From a virus, in the UHGV virus genome UHGV-0073206: a stretch of DNA of 22,430 nucleotides; one strand, written 5' to 3'. Position 1 is the first letter of the stretch. Each line of letters opens with the position of its first letter. This document shows, one piece after another, positions 8,178 through 14,997 of the stretch. Under the pieces are notes generated by a model. The model saw only the letters and a program-made list of their open reading frames with translations, was not told where the DNA came from and made no database searches. Both the position numbers and the translations under genes were made by a program.

Positions 8178-8300
8178 GCCTTTTTCCCTTTTCTGGTTAA
8201 CGTGACATACCAATACCTCTTGTCGAAAAAGCCAGCAAGCTGAAAGACCAGTATTCACAACTACCAGCGCGTTTAATGTTCTGTGCCGTTTTTCAGGCAT

Positions 8301-8324
8301 AAAAAAACCCGCATAAAGCGGGTT
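8301..8324 (-). terminator. Rho-independent terminator downstream of the Q-like gene (tR'-like)
   Basis: On the minus-strand transcript: stem ACCCGC-UUUAU-GCGGGU followed by U7; located ~165 nt downstream of the Q-like gene stop, the expected position for a late-operon terminator read through by Q. Confidence 0.6.
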
Positions 8325-8489
8325 CTTTCAGGTGTCCATGTCTGCTATTCGCCTCGCGGTACAGCTTTGCGAAGCGTAGCTGGATTGAAACAGTTTATGG
8401 CTAAAAATACAAGCTTTTTTTCTAAAACTGCACAAACCTTACTACCAGCCAAAAATCCTCTTCGTGCAACAACAAACGCCCTCCAGATT

Positions 8490-9044
8490 CTAAGCGTCAG
8501 TAAAAGAAAATGCATCTCGCATCAGTGGATACAGAATAAACTCAGCTATTCTCAGCCACATATCTATACGATTGCGGCATGTTGCATAGCACCACTCAGG
8601 GTGAACCTCATTCAACAATTCAGCCATTTTGCGTTTACTCATCCCCCGCCCTTCGTACCTTTGCCGCAGGATATCAATCAATCCAGGATAACGTGCAAGC
8701 GCTTTACTTATCACCCCATCAATGCGTAACGCCTCTGCATCAGTACAGTGAGACAACCAGCTCTTCTGTCTGCCAGCGATCATCTCTCGCAAGAATGCTT
8801 CCAGCTCTGGTTTATCAATCCCTGACTCCCTGATTCTACGCAGGGCTTCATTGATTGCGGTTTTTGTCAGTTTTTTGGATGCCAGCAACTGATTGAACAT
8901 ATTTCCTGGTTTGCCACCACCTATATACGACCAACGCCCCCACATCCGTAATTTCCCCTGGATCCAGACGACTTCCAGCGTTTTTAGACGTAAATGCTCG
9001 CCGCTTTTGCCTGTAATTTCCGGATATATCATATTTACGATCAC
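8490..9044 (-). CDS. Late-gene antiterminator Q-like protein (QuuD-type family)
   Basis: 184 aa; N-terminal LRMWGRWS motif resembles the LERWGAW motif recalled for small Q-family antiterminators; position between rusA and the lysis cassette is canonical for Q. Start (GTG 9044 overlapping rusA stop, or ATG 9032) is ambiguous. Confidence 0.5.
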   Translation of the reverse strand: MIVNMIYPEITGKSGEHLRLKTLEVVWIQGKLRMWGRWSYIGGGKPGNMFNQLLASKKLTKTAINEALRRIRESGIDKPELEAFLREMIAGRQKSWLSHCTDAEALRIDGVISKALARYPGLIDILRQRYEGRGMSKRKMAELLNEVHPEWCYATCRNRIDMWLRIAEFILYPLMRDAFSFTDA

Positions 9045-9406
9045 TCACTCTCAATTTTGTAAATCTTCACGCCCAGCCGCCCCCCAGGAACGAGCTGACC
9101 GCGCACAATATTGATTTCATCAAACTGCTCGTCGTCTATGAGAAGTCCGGCATGCGTCAGCGCATCCAGTGGTGCTTTCAGGATATTGTCCAGGTCACGA
9201 CGACGTTTATCCGGTGGCTCTGCAATAATCTTTATCGCCAGCCTTCCGGACAGGTTTAATTTCAGCCGCTGCTGGCGAACAATAAGCGCCACATCACGGC
9301 GATAACGCTCACCGGCTTTTGATACAAAATATGTGCTGCCACGACGTCGCCAGTAAGTGTTCACCGTTGGCGGGTAAGGCAAAACAAATTCTATGCGTTC
9401 AGTCAT
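9041..9406 (-). CDS. rusA: Crossover junction endodeoxyribonuclease RusA (Holliday junction resolvase)
   Basis: 121 aa with RusA hallmarks (LPYPPTVNTYWRRRG, PPDKRRRDLDNILKAPLDAL, IDDEQF); typical nin-region location upstream of Q. Confidence 0.85.
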   Translation of the reverse strand: MTERIEFVLPYPPTVNTYWRRRGSTYFVSKAGERYRRDVALIVRQQRLKLNLSGRLAIKIIAEPPDKRRRDLDNILKAPLDALTHAGLLIDDEQFDEINIVRGQLVPGGRLGVKIYKIESE

Positions 9407-10390
9407 TCATGCTTTCCACTTCAGGACACCCGAATTTCTCGCGTGCATTAAAAAACGAATCAGCAACAACAGCTGGCTGCCGTGTTTTTCTTCAAAATCT
9501 TTTACCCCGGCGTGTAGTTCGCTATGGCATTTACGGCACAGCGGAATAACAAACAAATCATCAGCCTTTGTTCCCATCCCTCCCAGTCCATGACCAATGA
9601 TGTGATGCGGATCATCTGCCTGATTGCCACACGTCATGCATTTCTGCGTTTTTACCCAGCGCGTGTATACAGGCATCTCTTCCCGTTGTGGTTTCTGGCG
9701 CTGGAGATACTGAGCCGGTGACTCCGGATCAACGGCAATGCTGACCACCGTCTTTTCCTGTGGCGGGTTTTGCTGGTGGGCGTGAGGCAGTAGCGCAATA
9801 CTTTTTGTGCGCTGCTTCAGCATGCTGGTGGCGGTCTGCTCTCCCGGCACGATGTCGCTCTCGCGGTATACTGAGCGAATTTTTTCCGCGCGTAATCCCA
9901 GCGAACGACGTAACACCATCTCCGGTAGTGCGTCCGCTACGTTATTTATGGTTGCCCACCAGGATAATTCAGCCAGCGATAATTCCCGCTCCTGCGTGCC
10001 ATTCATTGCGTGGCGGATGACATCAATCATCCATGCTGACAGGTTTTGGTGAGCAAGTTGCTCGAGTGATTCGGAAGTCTGGTTACGCAGCTGGTTGTCG
10101 CAGTGCCAGCACAACACCATCGCGCCGGTACCGTAACGATGTATGACGGTTTCACTGTGATGGTAGTCACCATGAGGCCACTGGCAGGATTTAACGTGGC
10201 GTAACAGCCAGTCAGACAATGCACCAGCACCACCAGCAGCACGAATCACCCGCTCATCGCTGAAAAATGGCAGTAATGATTTATCCTCCGCCAGCGGCTG
10301 GCGAACAGCAGGAACGACTCCGGACGGCAGACCGCGCATGCTTTTCGGTTCCGGCTCCACCAGAACTCGAGGGTTATGAAATACCTGCAT
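9407..10390 (-). CDS. DUF968-family phage protein (YdfU-like) with C-terminal HNH-like zinc-finger motif
   Basis: Start chosen at Met MQVFHNPRVLVEPEP; C-terminus has CMTCGNQADDPHHIIGHGLGGMGTKADD...CRKCH; recalled as the YdfU/DUF968 family common upstream of rusA or Q in lambdoid prophages. The listed ORF to 10534 is an upstream over-extension. Confidence 0.7.
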   Translation of the reverse strand: MQVFHNPRVLVEPEPKSMRGLPSGVVPAVRQPLAEDKSLLPFFSDERVIRAAGGAGALSDWLLRHVKSCQWPHGDYHHSETVIHRYGTGAMVLCWHCDNQLRNQTSESLEQLAHQNLSAWMIDVIRHAMNGTQERELSLAELSWWATINNVADALPEMVLRRSLGLRAEKIRSVYRESDIVPGEQTATSMLKQRTKSIALLPHAHQQNPPQEKTVVSIAVDPESPAQYLQRQKPQREEMPVYTRWVKTQKCMTCGNQADDPHHIIGHGLGGMGTKADDLFVIPLCRKCHSELHAGVKDFEEKHGSQLLLLIRFLMHARNSGVLKWKA

Positions 10391-10463
10391 GGATTCACGG
10401 CCCGGTTTTAGCACCACCAGCCCAAGTTCCGGTACCGGAACAGGTCGAAGTAATACCCGCACG

Positions 10464-10742
10464 TTACCTCCAGATGCGTTGCTGGAATGTGCGGGACGGA
10501 CGCGGTGGGCGTTCGGAATAAGGGAGCCTGACATAGATTATCCAGTGACGATAATCGAGGCTGAGGGCTTTCTTAATCTCGTATCCGTGTCTGCGGTAGC
10601 GCTGAATCAGCCATTCAGCCTGTTCTTCGGTGCAGGGATCGTGCTGATACCAGTCAGATTTGAATGCATGAGAACGCCGCCCGTGCCTGCTGGCAGGGGC
10701 GGCAGAGTTATCCGAATTGTAAAATTTGGTATCGTGCGCCAT
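10464..10742 (-). CDS. Hypothetical phage protein (92 aa)
   Basis: Start at internal Met MAHDTKFYNSDN...; basic Arg/His-rich protein, no recognised family; downstream of the hok terminator. Confidence 0.4.
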   Translation of the reverse strand: MAHDTKFYNSDNSAAPASRHGRRSHAFKSDWYQHDPCTEEQAEWLIQRYRRHGYEIKKALSLDYRHWIIYVRLPYSERPPRPSRTFQQRIWR

Positions 10743-10814
10743 CTGTTTTCTCTGCTGGCGCAGCAGGTGCCAGTTGTTCAGGCTGACGGATGGATTGTAA
10801 ACCAGAACGACCAG

Positions 10815-10840
10815 AAAAAACAAAACCCGCCGAAGCGGGT
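10815..10840 (-). terminator. Rho-independent terminator of the hok transcript
   Basis: On the minus-strand transcript: CCCGC-UUCG-GCGGG followed by UUUUGUUUUUU. Confidence 0.6.
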
Positions 10841-10909
10841 TAAGTGCGGGTGCGTTGAGGATGCCTGACACATCAGCGGTGGCGAGGGATTTCTCCCCCG
10901 CCGGGTCTC

Positions 10910-11065
10910 TTACTCCTCAGGTTCGTAAGCTGTGAAGACAGCGACCTCCGTCTGGCCGGTTCGGATTCGTACCTCGCAGAGGTCTTTCCTCGTTACCAGT
11001 GCCGTCACTATGACGGTTAAACAGATGACGATCAGGGCGATTAACATCGCCTTTTGCTGCTTCAT
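10910..11065 (-). CDS. hok: Hok/Gef-family type I toxin (51 aa)
   Basis: MKQQKAMLIALIVICLTVIVTALVTRKDLCEVRIRTGQTEVAVFTAYEPEE: single TM helix followed by the conserved C...R..GQ/T.EV.A...YE motif of Hok/Gef toxins. Confidence 0.85.
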   Translation of the reverse strand: MKQQKAMLIALIVICLTVIVTALVTRKDLCEVRIRTGQTEVAVFTAYEPEE

Positions 11066-11122
11066 AGCCTGCTTCTCCTTGCCTTTCGGCACGTAAGAGG
11101 CTAACCTACATTTGTGAGACAT
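10910..11122 (-). CDS. mok: Mok-like N-terminally extended frame overlapping hok (translational-coupling ORF)
   Basis: 70-aa in-frame extension (MSHKCRLASYVPKGKEKQA + Hok); the size relationship matches recalled mok/hok pairs. Not independently verifiable here. Confidence 0.35.
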   Translation of the reverse strand: MSHKCRLASYVPKGKEKQAMKQQKAMLIALIVICLTVIVTALVTRKDLCEVRIRTGQTEVAVFTAYEPEE

Positions 11123-11241
11123 AGATTGGGCCTCAGATTAATGTTAAGCGTCTTGCAGGACGCGTAATGTTAACTGGGGCTTTTCTCTATCTGCCTTTTG
11201 GTGTTCATGCCTGAGACAGATAGCCTCAAGCACCCGCAGTT

Positions 11242-11269
11242 ATTCTACTTAACTAAGATTTCCCCGCAA
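11242..11269 (-). promoter_or_regulatory. Candidate hok promoter (-35 TTGCGG, 16-nt spacer, -10 TAGAAT)
   Basis: Hexamers read on the minus strand; the predicted start falls just upstream of a 5' segment (plus 11224-11239) complementary to the 3' segment (plus 10844-10860), like the tac/fbi fold-back pairing of hok mRNAs. Confidence 0.4.
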
Positions 11270-11324
11270 ACCGTTTTTGTCCGGCACAGTAAATATCCAA
11301 CTAAACCAATGGCGTTCGCTGTAT

Positions 11325-11543
11325 TTACCGCCAGCATTCAATGCACATGACCGCCATGAACACCCCTAAAAAAAGGGCATTTATATGTCCAAACATTAAT
11401 ATCAAAACATCAATTTTTTCCATATACCTTGCTGTGAAGATGATGGGCATACATGATGCGAACAACCAGAACGCAACAAACAAAAACTGCAATGCGTTTT
11501 TCATTATTCCCCCTACAATCAATGTGCAATAACATTTAAACAC
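11325..11543 (-). CDS. Small hydrophobic membrane protein (59-72 aa, two TM segments)
   Basis: AT-rich ORF; MKNALQFLFVAFWLFASCMPIIF...INALFLGVFMAVMCIECW; no recognised family; adjacent to the hok locus. Confidence 0.4.
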   Translation of the reverse strand: MFKCYCTLIVGGIMKNALQFLFVAFWLFASCMPIIFTARYMEKIDVLILMFGHINALFLGVFMAVMCIECWR

Positions 11544-11624
11544 ACCTCAATTTGGCCGGACATATAAATATCTAAACCAGAAAAAATCACTTACATAGCG
11601 TTACAAACTCTTTAGTCTAAATAT

Positions 11625-12140
11625 TCATCGTAAAACATCCTCCACGCTTATCAGTCCATTTCGTTTCAGGTAATCCATCGCCTTCTCCGGTAATTTGCAG
11701 TCCGGCTGAGCTTTTTTCAGTTGACTGACCAGTCGTTTAACCCACATTGTTAATTCGCTAACCTGATTGCCGGATGCTGGTGGATTGTCGGCTTTACCCA
11801 GAATGGCAGCGCAGCAGGCCTCTCTGAGCACCCAGTCAACAGCATCCTTCCATGCTCCTGTTTCGACTGGCGGATTCTCACGCTTTACCTGTTCATAAAA
11901 GCGCACGGCTTTAACCAGTCCTTCTGATGTCACCGGGACTGGCGGGCCGATGAATAAGGCCTGAATTTCATAGTTCGGCCTGTCGTTACAATCCTCTTTT
12001 GTCGGTACATATTTCCAGTCACCAGCCCACGGCTTCCCCTGAAAGTCTGTAACGTCTTTTTTCACGTAGCGATATCGCCATGCAACTGGTTTTGCCTGCC
12101 CTGCCGTTTCATGCCCTTCCTGATAATTAATCTCGCTCAT
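11625..12140 (-). CDS. Hypothetical phage protein (171 aa)
   Basis: Soluble, Trp/Pro-rich N-terminal half, start overlapping the upstream gene stop (ATGA); no confident family. Confidence 0.5.
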   Translation of the reverse strand: MSEINYQEGHETAGQAKPVAWRYRYVKKDVTDFQGKPWAGDWKYVPTKEDCNDRPNYEIQALFIGPPVPVTSEGLVKAVRFYEQVKRENPPVETGAWKDAVDWVLREACCAAILGKADNPPASGNQVSELTMWVKRLVSQLKKAQPDCKLPEKAMDYLKRNGLISVEDVLR

Positions 12141-12313
12141 TCATCGCCCCACTCATCACAATATGCTTCGACCGGAGTTTTTCCTGCTTCATAATCATCA
12201 CGCCATGCTTCAGCATCAGCAGCACTGCCACCACGTAACTCTGCATAGTCCATTAACAGTTCATGCCATTCTTCAAAACTGACGTTGTATTTAGTTGAAC
12301 CAAAATCAGCCAT
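12137..12313 (-). CDS. Hypothetical small protein (58 aa)
   Basis: MADFGSTKYNVSFEEWHELLMDYAELRGG...; SD GAGGAAG; start overlaps the end of the acidic ORF upstream and the stop overlaps the next gene start; below the ORF-track cutoff. Confidence 0.4.
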   Translation of the reverse strand: MADFGSTKYNVSFEEWHELLMDYAELRGGSAADAEAWRDDYEAGKTPVEAYCDEWGDE

Positions 12314-12488
12314 TTTGTTCTTCCTCTTCGTCTTTTATTTCGTGATATGAGTAATTGCAGTAGTTAAAGAAAATATCTTTTGCTTCGTCATGTATTTCAT
12401 CAGGCGTCGCATCATCATCCACTTCGAATTCATCCTCGAAATCTCCACCGGCTATTCCCGTTTCAATAATTATTTTAAACTTTCGCAT
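12306..12488 (-). CDS. Small highly acidic protein (60 aa)
   Basis: MRKFKIIIETGIAGGDFEDEFEVDDDATPDEIHDEAKDIFFNYCNYSYHEIKDEEEEQNG; Asp/Glu-rich throughout; a GC hairpin (GCCGCCCGAAAGGGCGG) sits between a distal SD-like AGGAGG and the ATG. Confidence 0.45.
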   Translation of the reverse strand: MRKFKIIIETGIAGGDFEDEFEVDDDATPDEIHDEAKDIFFNYCNYSYHEIKDEEEEQNG

Positions 12489-12581
12489 TTAACTACCGCC
12501 CTTTCGGGCGGCCTCCTGATGTTCTGAGGGTGCAGAAATCCCTCCGGTTAAGGATTAAATTTTTAACAGAGCTAAATTTAA

Positions 12582-12938
12582 TTATTCAGTTCTGGATTTT
12601 GTCGCCCTGCGTATCCGCGCTTTCGCGTTACGCTCAATCTGAATTAGCTTTTCTATATTTTTTCGCCTTTCCCGCTCCTCCTGACGCAAGAGCCTTACAT
12701 CATCTGCCAGTCTGGTTTCTCTTTTCGCCACAGAGAGCATCCAGTCAAATGGCTCCACAACTGCACCGCAGATTTTACAGCGGACCTGACGCTCTTTTTC
12801 GTCAACCCGGACAGAGGCGTGATGACAATATGGTCTTTCCGATGGCTCATAAAGAAAATTAACCTGATTACGAGGGTCATCCTCTTTTACCGGAAATAAA
12901 ACGATATTGCTTAACTCATCCTCTGGTTTTATTTCCAT
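12582..12938 (-). CDS. Hypothetical protein with zinc-ribbon-like C-H...C-x2-C motif and Arg-rich coiled-coil tail
   Basis: 118 aa; PYCHHASVRVDEKERQVRCKICG then RLLRQEERERRKNIEKLIQIERNAKARIRR; no confident family. Confidence 0.5.
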   Translation of the reverse strand: MEIKPEDELSNIVLFPVKEDDPRNQVNFLYEPSERPYCHHASVRVDEKERQVRCKICGAVVEPFDWMLSVAKRETRLADDVRLLRQEERERRKNIEKLIQIERNAKARIRRATKSRTE

Positions 12939-13018
12939 GCTCCTCTCCTTTGATGCGAATGCCAGCGACGCGTAATGCGTGTTCTAGGTCAATCAGGTAA
13001 AGCCAACTGCCATTTTCT

Positions 13019-13213
13019 TTAGGTACCCGAACGATTCAGGATTTTTTCCACCCGCAACTGGCGATTCTGGCGGTTGATCTCCTCGCTACGTTTTCGCCCT
13101 TCTGCCAGTTGCCACTCGCGCCACTCGTCCACTGTCCGGTACGGCGCGATTACATGCTGCGGGGTCAGCTTACGGATACGCTCAAGAACACCACCTGTCG
13201 CGATATTTTTCAT
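13019..13213 (-). CDS. Hypothetical small protein (64 aa)
   Basis: ORF immediately downstream of the replication gene, Arg-rich C-terminus; no recognised family. Confidence 0.4.
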   Translation of the reverse strand: MKNIATGGVLERIRKLTPQHVIAPYRTVDEWREWQLAEGRKRSEEINRQNRQLRVEKILNRSGT

Positions 13214-13219
13214 GGCCCG

Positions 13220-14185
13220 TTACCCCCTGAACCCCGGCGGAATTTCGGTATCCGGCTCAGAAATATGATTCACGCAACGCTGTACAGACGAACGCCCCAG
13301 GCGGATAACCAGTTCATCCCATTTTTCGCGAAGCTTTGACGGACTCATGATATTTTTTACCCAGAATGGATCCCGCTGCGCCCGACCAAACATTTCACAA
13401 ATTTGTCTGTGAGTTCTGCCATCCAGCATCCGCATTGTGCGCACGTCGTTGGCCCATGCGGTCCAGTTGGGTTCTTTCGGTCGCGAAATCTCGCCATCAT
13501 CGCTGGCGGCCTGCTCGTAAAGACTCACGATTCGTCCCCAGATCCACTGCGCACACGCCAAATCTTCCTGGTTGCCCCACTGGCGTTTTTTTGCACTGAA
13601 CACAACCGCGTCAGGGTGTCGGGTTAAAAAATCCTGTTCAACCGTCTGCGGGTCCGGTTGCGAAGCTTCCGGACGAGAAGTGTTTTTATTCTCTGTAGTA
13701 ATCTCTGTTGTATTCTCTGTAAGATCATCAGGCCATTTTGACCCGATGACATTGAGTCGTTTTGAACCAATGGAACGTGCCATTTTGGCCCCTTCCATCG
13801 TGTCATTCTGACCTGATGGAGCAGCGCATTTTGACCTGATGGATTCGCTCACTTTGCCACCATTTAAAAGCTCGCTCTCGTAATTAATCGTGTAAAAATT
13901 AGTCATATCACGCTTTGATTTATTGAGCTTTTCGCAACGCAAAAGCCCCAGCGTTTTCAGACTTGCAAATGCGCGTTTTAACGTTGACTCTGACCAGAAC
14001 GGGAACTGCTCCAGCCATTGTTCTGTTGTGTTATAAATCCAGCGAACACCATCACATTCCATGCCGGAACCGGTATCTCTCAACCAGTAATGCAACTGCT
14101 GCAACACGATGGCTTCGTTCAGACCAATTTTCATCGCCAGCTGCGTGTTTATAACCAGCGGACGTTCAGCAAAAAGGAGCTTCAT
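13220..14185 (-). CDS. Phage replication initiator (lambda O-like replisome organiser) with internal origin repeats
   Basis: 321 aa; N-terminal HTH-like region (LNEAIVLQQLHYWL) typical of phage replication initiators; the central low-complexity stretch (TENTTEITTENKN) is encoded by DNA repeats as in the lambda O gene; lies after cro/cII-like genes. No helicase-loader gene follows. Confidence 0.65.
   Translation of the reverse strand: MKLLFAERPLVINTQLAMKIGLNEAIVLQQLHYWLRDTGSGMECDGVRWIYNTTEQWLEQFPFWSESTLKRAFASLKTLGLLRCEKLNKSKRDMTNFYTINYESELLNGGKVSESIRSKCAAPSGQNDTMEGAKMARSIGSKRLNVIGSKWPDDLTENTTEITTENKNTSRPEASQPDPQTVEQDFLTRHPDAVVFSAKKRQWGNQEDLACAQWIWGRIVSLYEQAASDDGEISRPKEPNWTAWANDVRTMRMLDGRTHRQICEMFGRAQRDPFWVKNIMSPSKLREKWDELVIRLGRSSVQRCVNHISEPDTEIPPGFRG
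13683..13870. repeat. Candidate origin of replication: 3 copies of TTCTCTGTA-like repeat and about 6 iterons (~23-bp period, core CATTTTGACCYGATGG) with adjacent AT-rich segment
   Basis: Seen directly: ATTCTCTGTAG / ATCTCTGTTG / ATTCTCTGTAA at 13686-13722; iterons CCATTTTGACCCGATGAC, CGTTTTGAACCAATGGAAC, CCATTTTGGCCCCTTCCATC, TCATTCTGACCTGATGGAG, GCATTTTGACCTGATGGATTC, TCACTTTGCCACCATTT at 13733-13870; AT-rich 13861-13920. Confidence 0.55.
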
Positions 14186-14206
14186 CCCCCCCCCCAGAAC
14201 ACGTTA

Positions 14207-14632
14207 TCAATGCGCCACCACGGCATTTCCCGCCGGACCACCACGATTCATCTGATCGAACAACACGATCGCTGCCGCAACAAACTCATCGATATCTTTC
14301 ACCAGGCGCTCCCGTCGCTCGACAAGCTCCCGGTGATATTCCGAACTGTGGCTGCGCATTCGGGCCACCAGTGGAGGCGGCATTGCTTTTTCGATCGCCG
14401 GTAACAACGCCTGAATTTTTTTAACCGCATCAGGGGTGTCTTTTTCTACCCAGCGGAAAATTTTCTGGGTATTACGAGACAGGGCTTCCGGATGGCTGTC
14501 GTCATACAGTTCAGGAAACGTCATACCCAACTCAAAATAAGCCTGGGTTATTCCAGCTACTGGAACTTTTTCGCCATCAGGACGCGCCCAGGCATTCATC
14601 GCCATGCGGATGTGTTCATGCTTGATTTTCAT
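14207..14632 (-). CDS. YdaT-like protein (CII-analogous regulator family, Rac-type)
   Basis: 141 aa beginning MKIKHEHI..., matching the recalled YdaT N-terminus and size; follows and overlaps the YdaS-like gene. Confidence 0.6.
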   Translation of the reverse strand: MKIKHEHIRMAMNAWARPDGEKVPVAGITQAYFELGMTFPELYDDSHPEALSRNTQKIFRWVEKDTPDAVKKIQALLPAIEKAMPPPLVARMRSHSSEYHRELVERRERLVKDIDEFVAAAIVLFDQMNRGGPAGNAVVAH

Positions 14633-14888
14633 GAATCAACTCCGGTGCATTTGATGTGTTAACCTTGAATCCAACAGGTAAACCGTCGGTTGGGTTAGGA
14701 TAAATATCAGGGCGAATTTCATGCGGGGTAACTTCCCACTTCATTAGCTGACATAACGGAATTACCTGCTTTGGGGGAACGTCAAAGCTAAACCATTGCC
14801 AAACTGTCTGTTGAGCGACCCCCATATAACGACCTATTTCAGCTTGAGTGTATTTCTGCCTAATTTTTTCGCGAGTGCTATCTAGCAT
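14616..14888 (-). CDS. YdaS-like Cro-type HTH regulator
   Basis: 90 aa, HTH (TQAEIGRYMGVAQQTVWQW) and EV.P.EIRPDIYP segment resembling Rac YdaS; divergently oriented to the repressor gene across an operator-containing intergenic region; SD GAGGAGAG. Confidence 0.65.
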   Translation of the reverse strand: MLDSTREKIRQKYTQAEIGRYMGVAQQTVWQWFSFDVPPKQVIPLCQLMKWEVTPHEIRPDIYPNPTDGLPVGFKVNTSNAPELIHENQA

Positions 14889-14925
14889 TTTGCTCTCCTC
14901 TAAAAAACTATAAGCAAAACCTACA

Positions 14926-14959
14926 ATAAAAAACTGTACACAATCAACAGTTTTTTATT
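14926..14959. promoter_or_regulatory. Operator-like inverted repeat in the divergent repressor/cro-like promoter region
   Basis: AATAAAAAACTGT-ACACAATCA-ACAGTTTTTTATT; same half-site (AAAACTGT / ACAGTTTT) as the repeat at 15962-15992. Confidence 0.5.
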
Positions 14960-14997
14960 GTGATGCTTTTAACAGTATTTACCTGTAAAATTGAATA

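Noticed and set aside
7575-8300. Using the most upstream ATG (8300) as the start of the TerB-domain gene
   Set aside because: That start would place the terminator hairpin (8301-8324) at the start codon and add a hydrophobic, Cys-rich 41-aa leader; the internal Met at 8177 has a purine-rich SD and begins the HTH-like segment. Both remain possible.
8325-8489. Explicit -35/-10 call for a pR'-like late promoter between Q and the terminator
   Set aside because: Only weak hexamer matches could be found by eye; the promoter is probably there given the Q gene and terminator, but I cannot place it reliably.
9407-10534. Using the 375-aa frame (start 10534) for the DUF968 gene
   Set aside because: The upstream 48 codons overlap the 92-aa gene (10464-10742) in another frame and lack an SD; the recalled family N-terminus matches the internal Met at 10390.
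13683-13870. CRISPR array
   Set aside because: The repeats are degenerate, contiguous (no unique spacers) and lie inside a replication initiator ORF; they are ori iterons. No cas genes are present.
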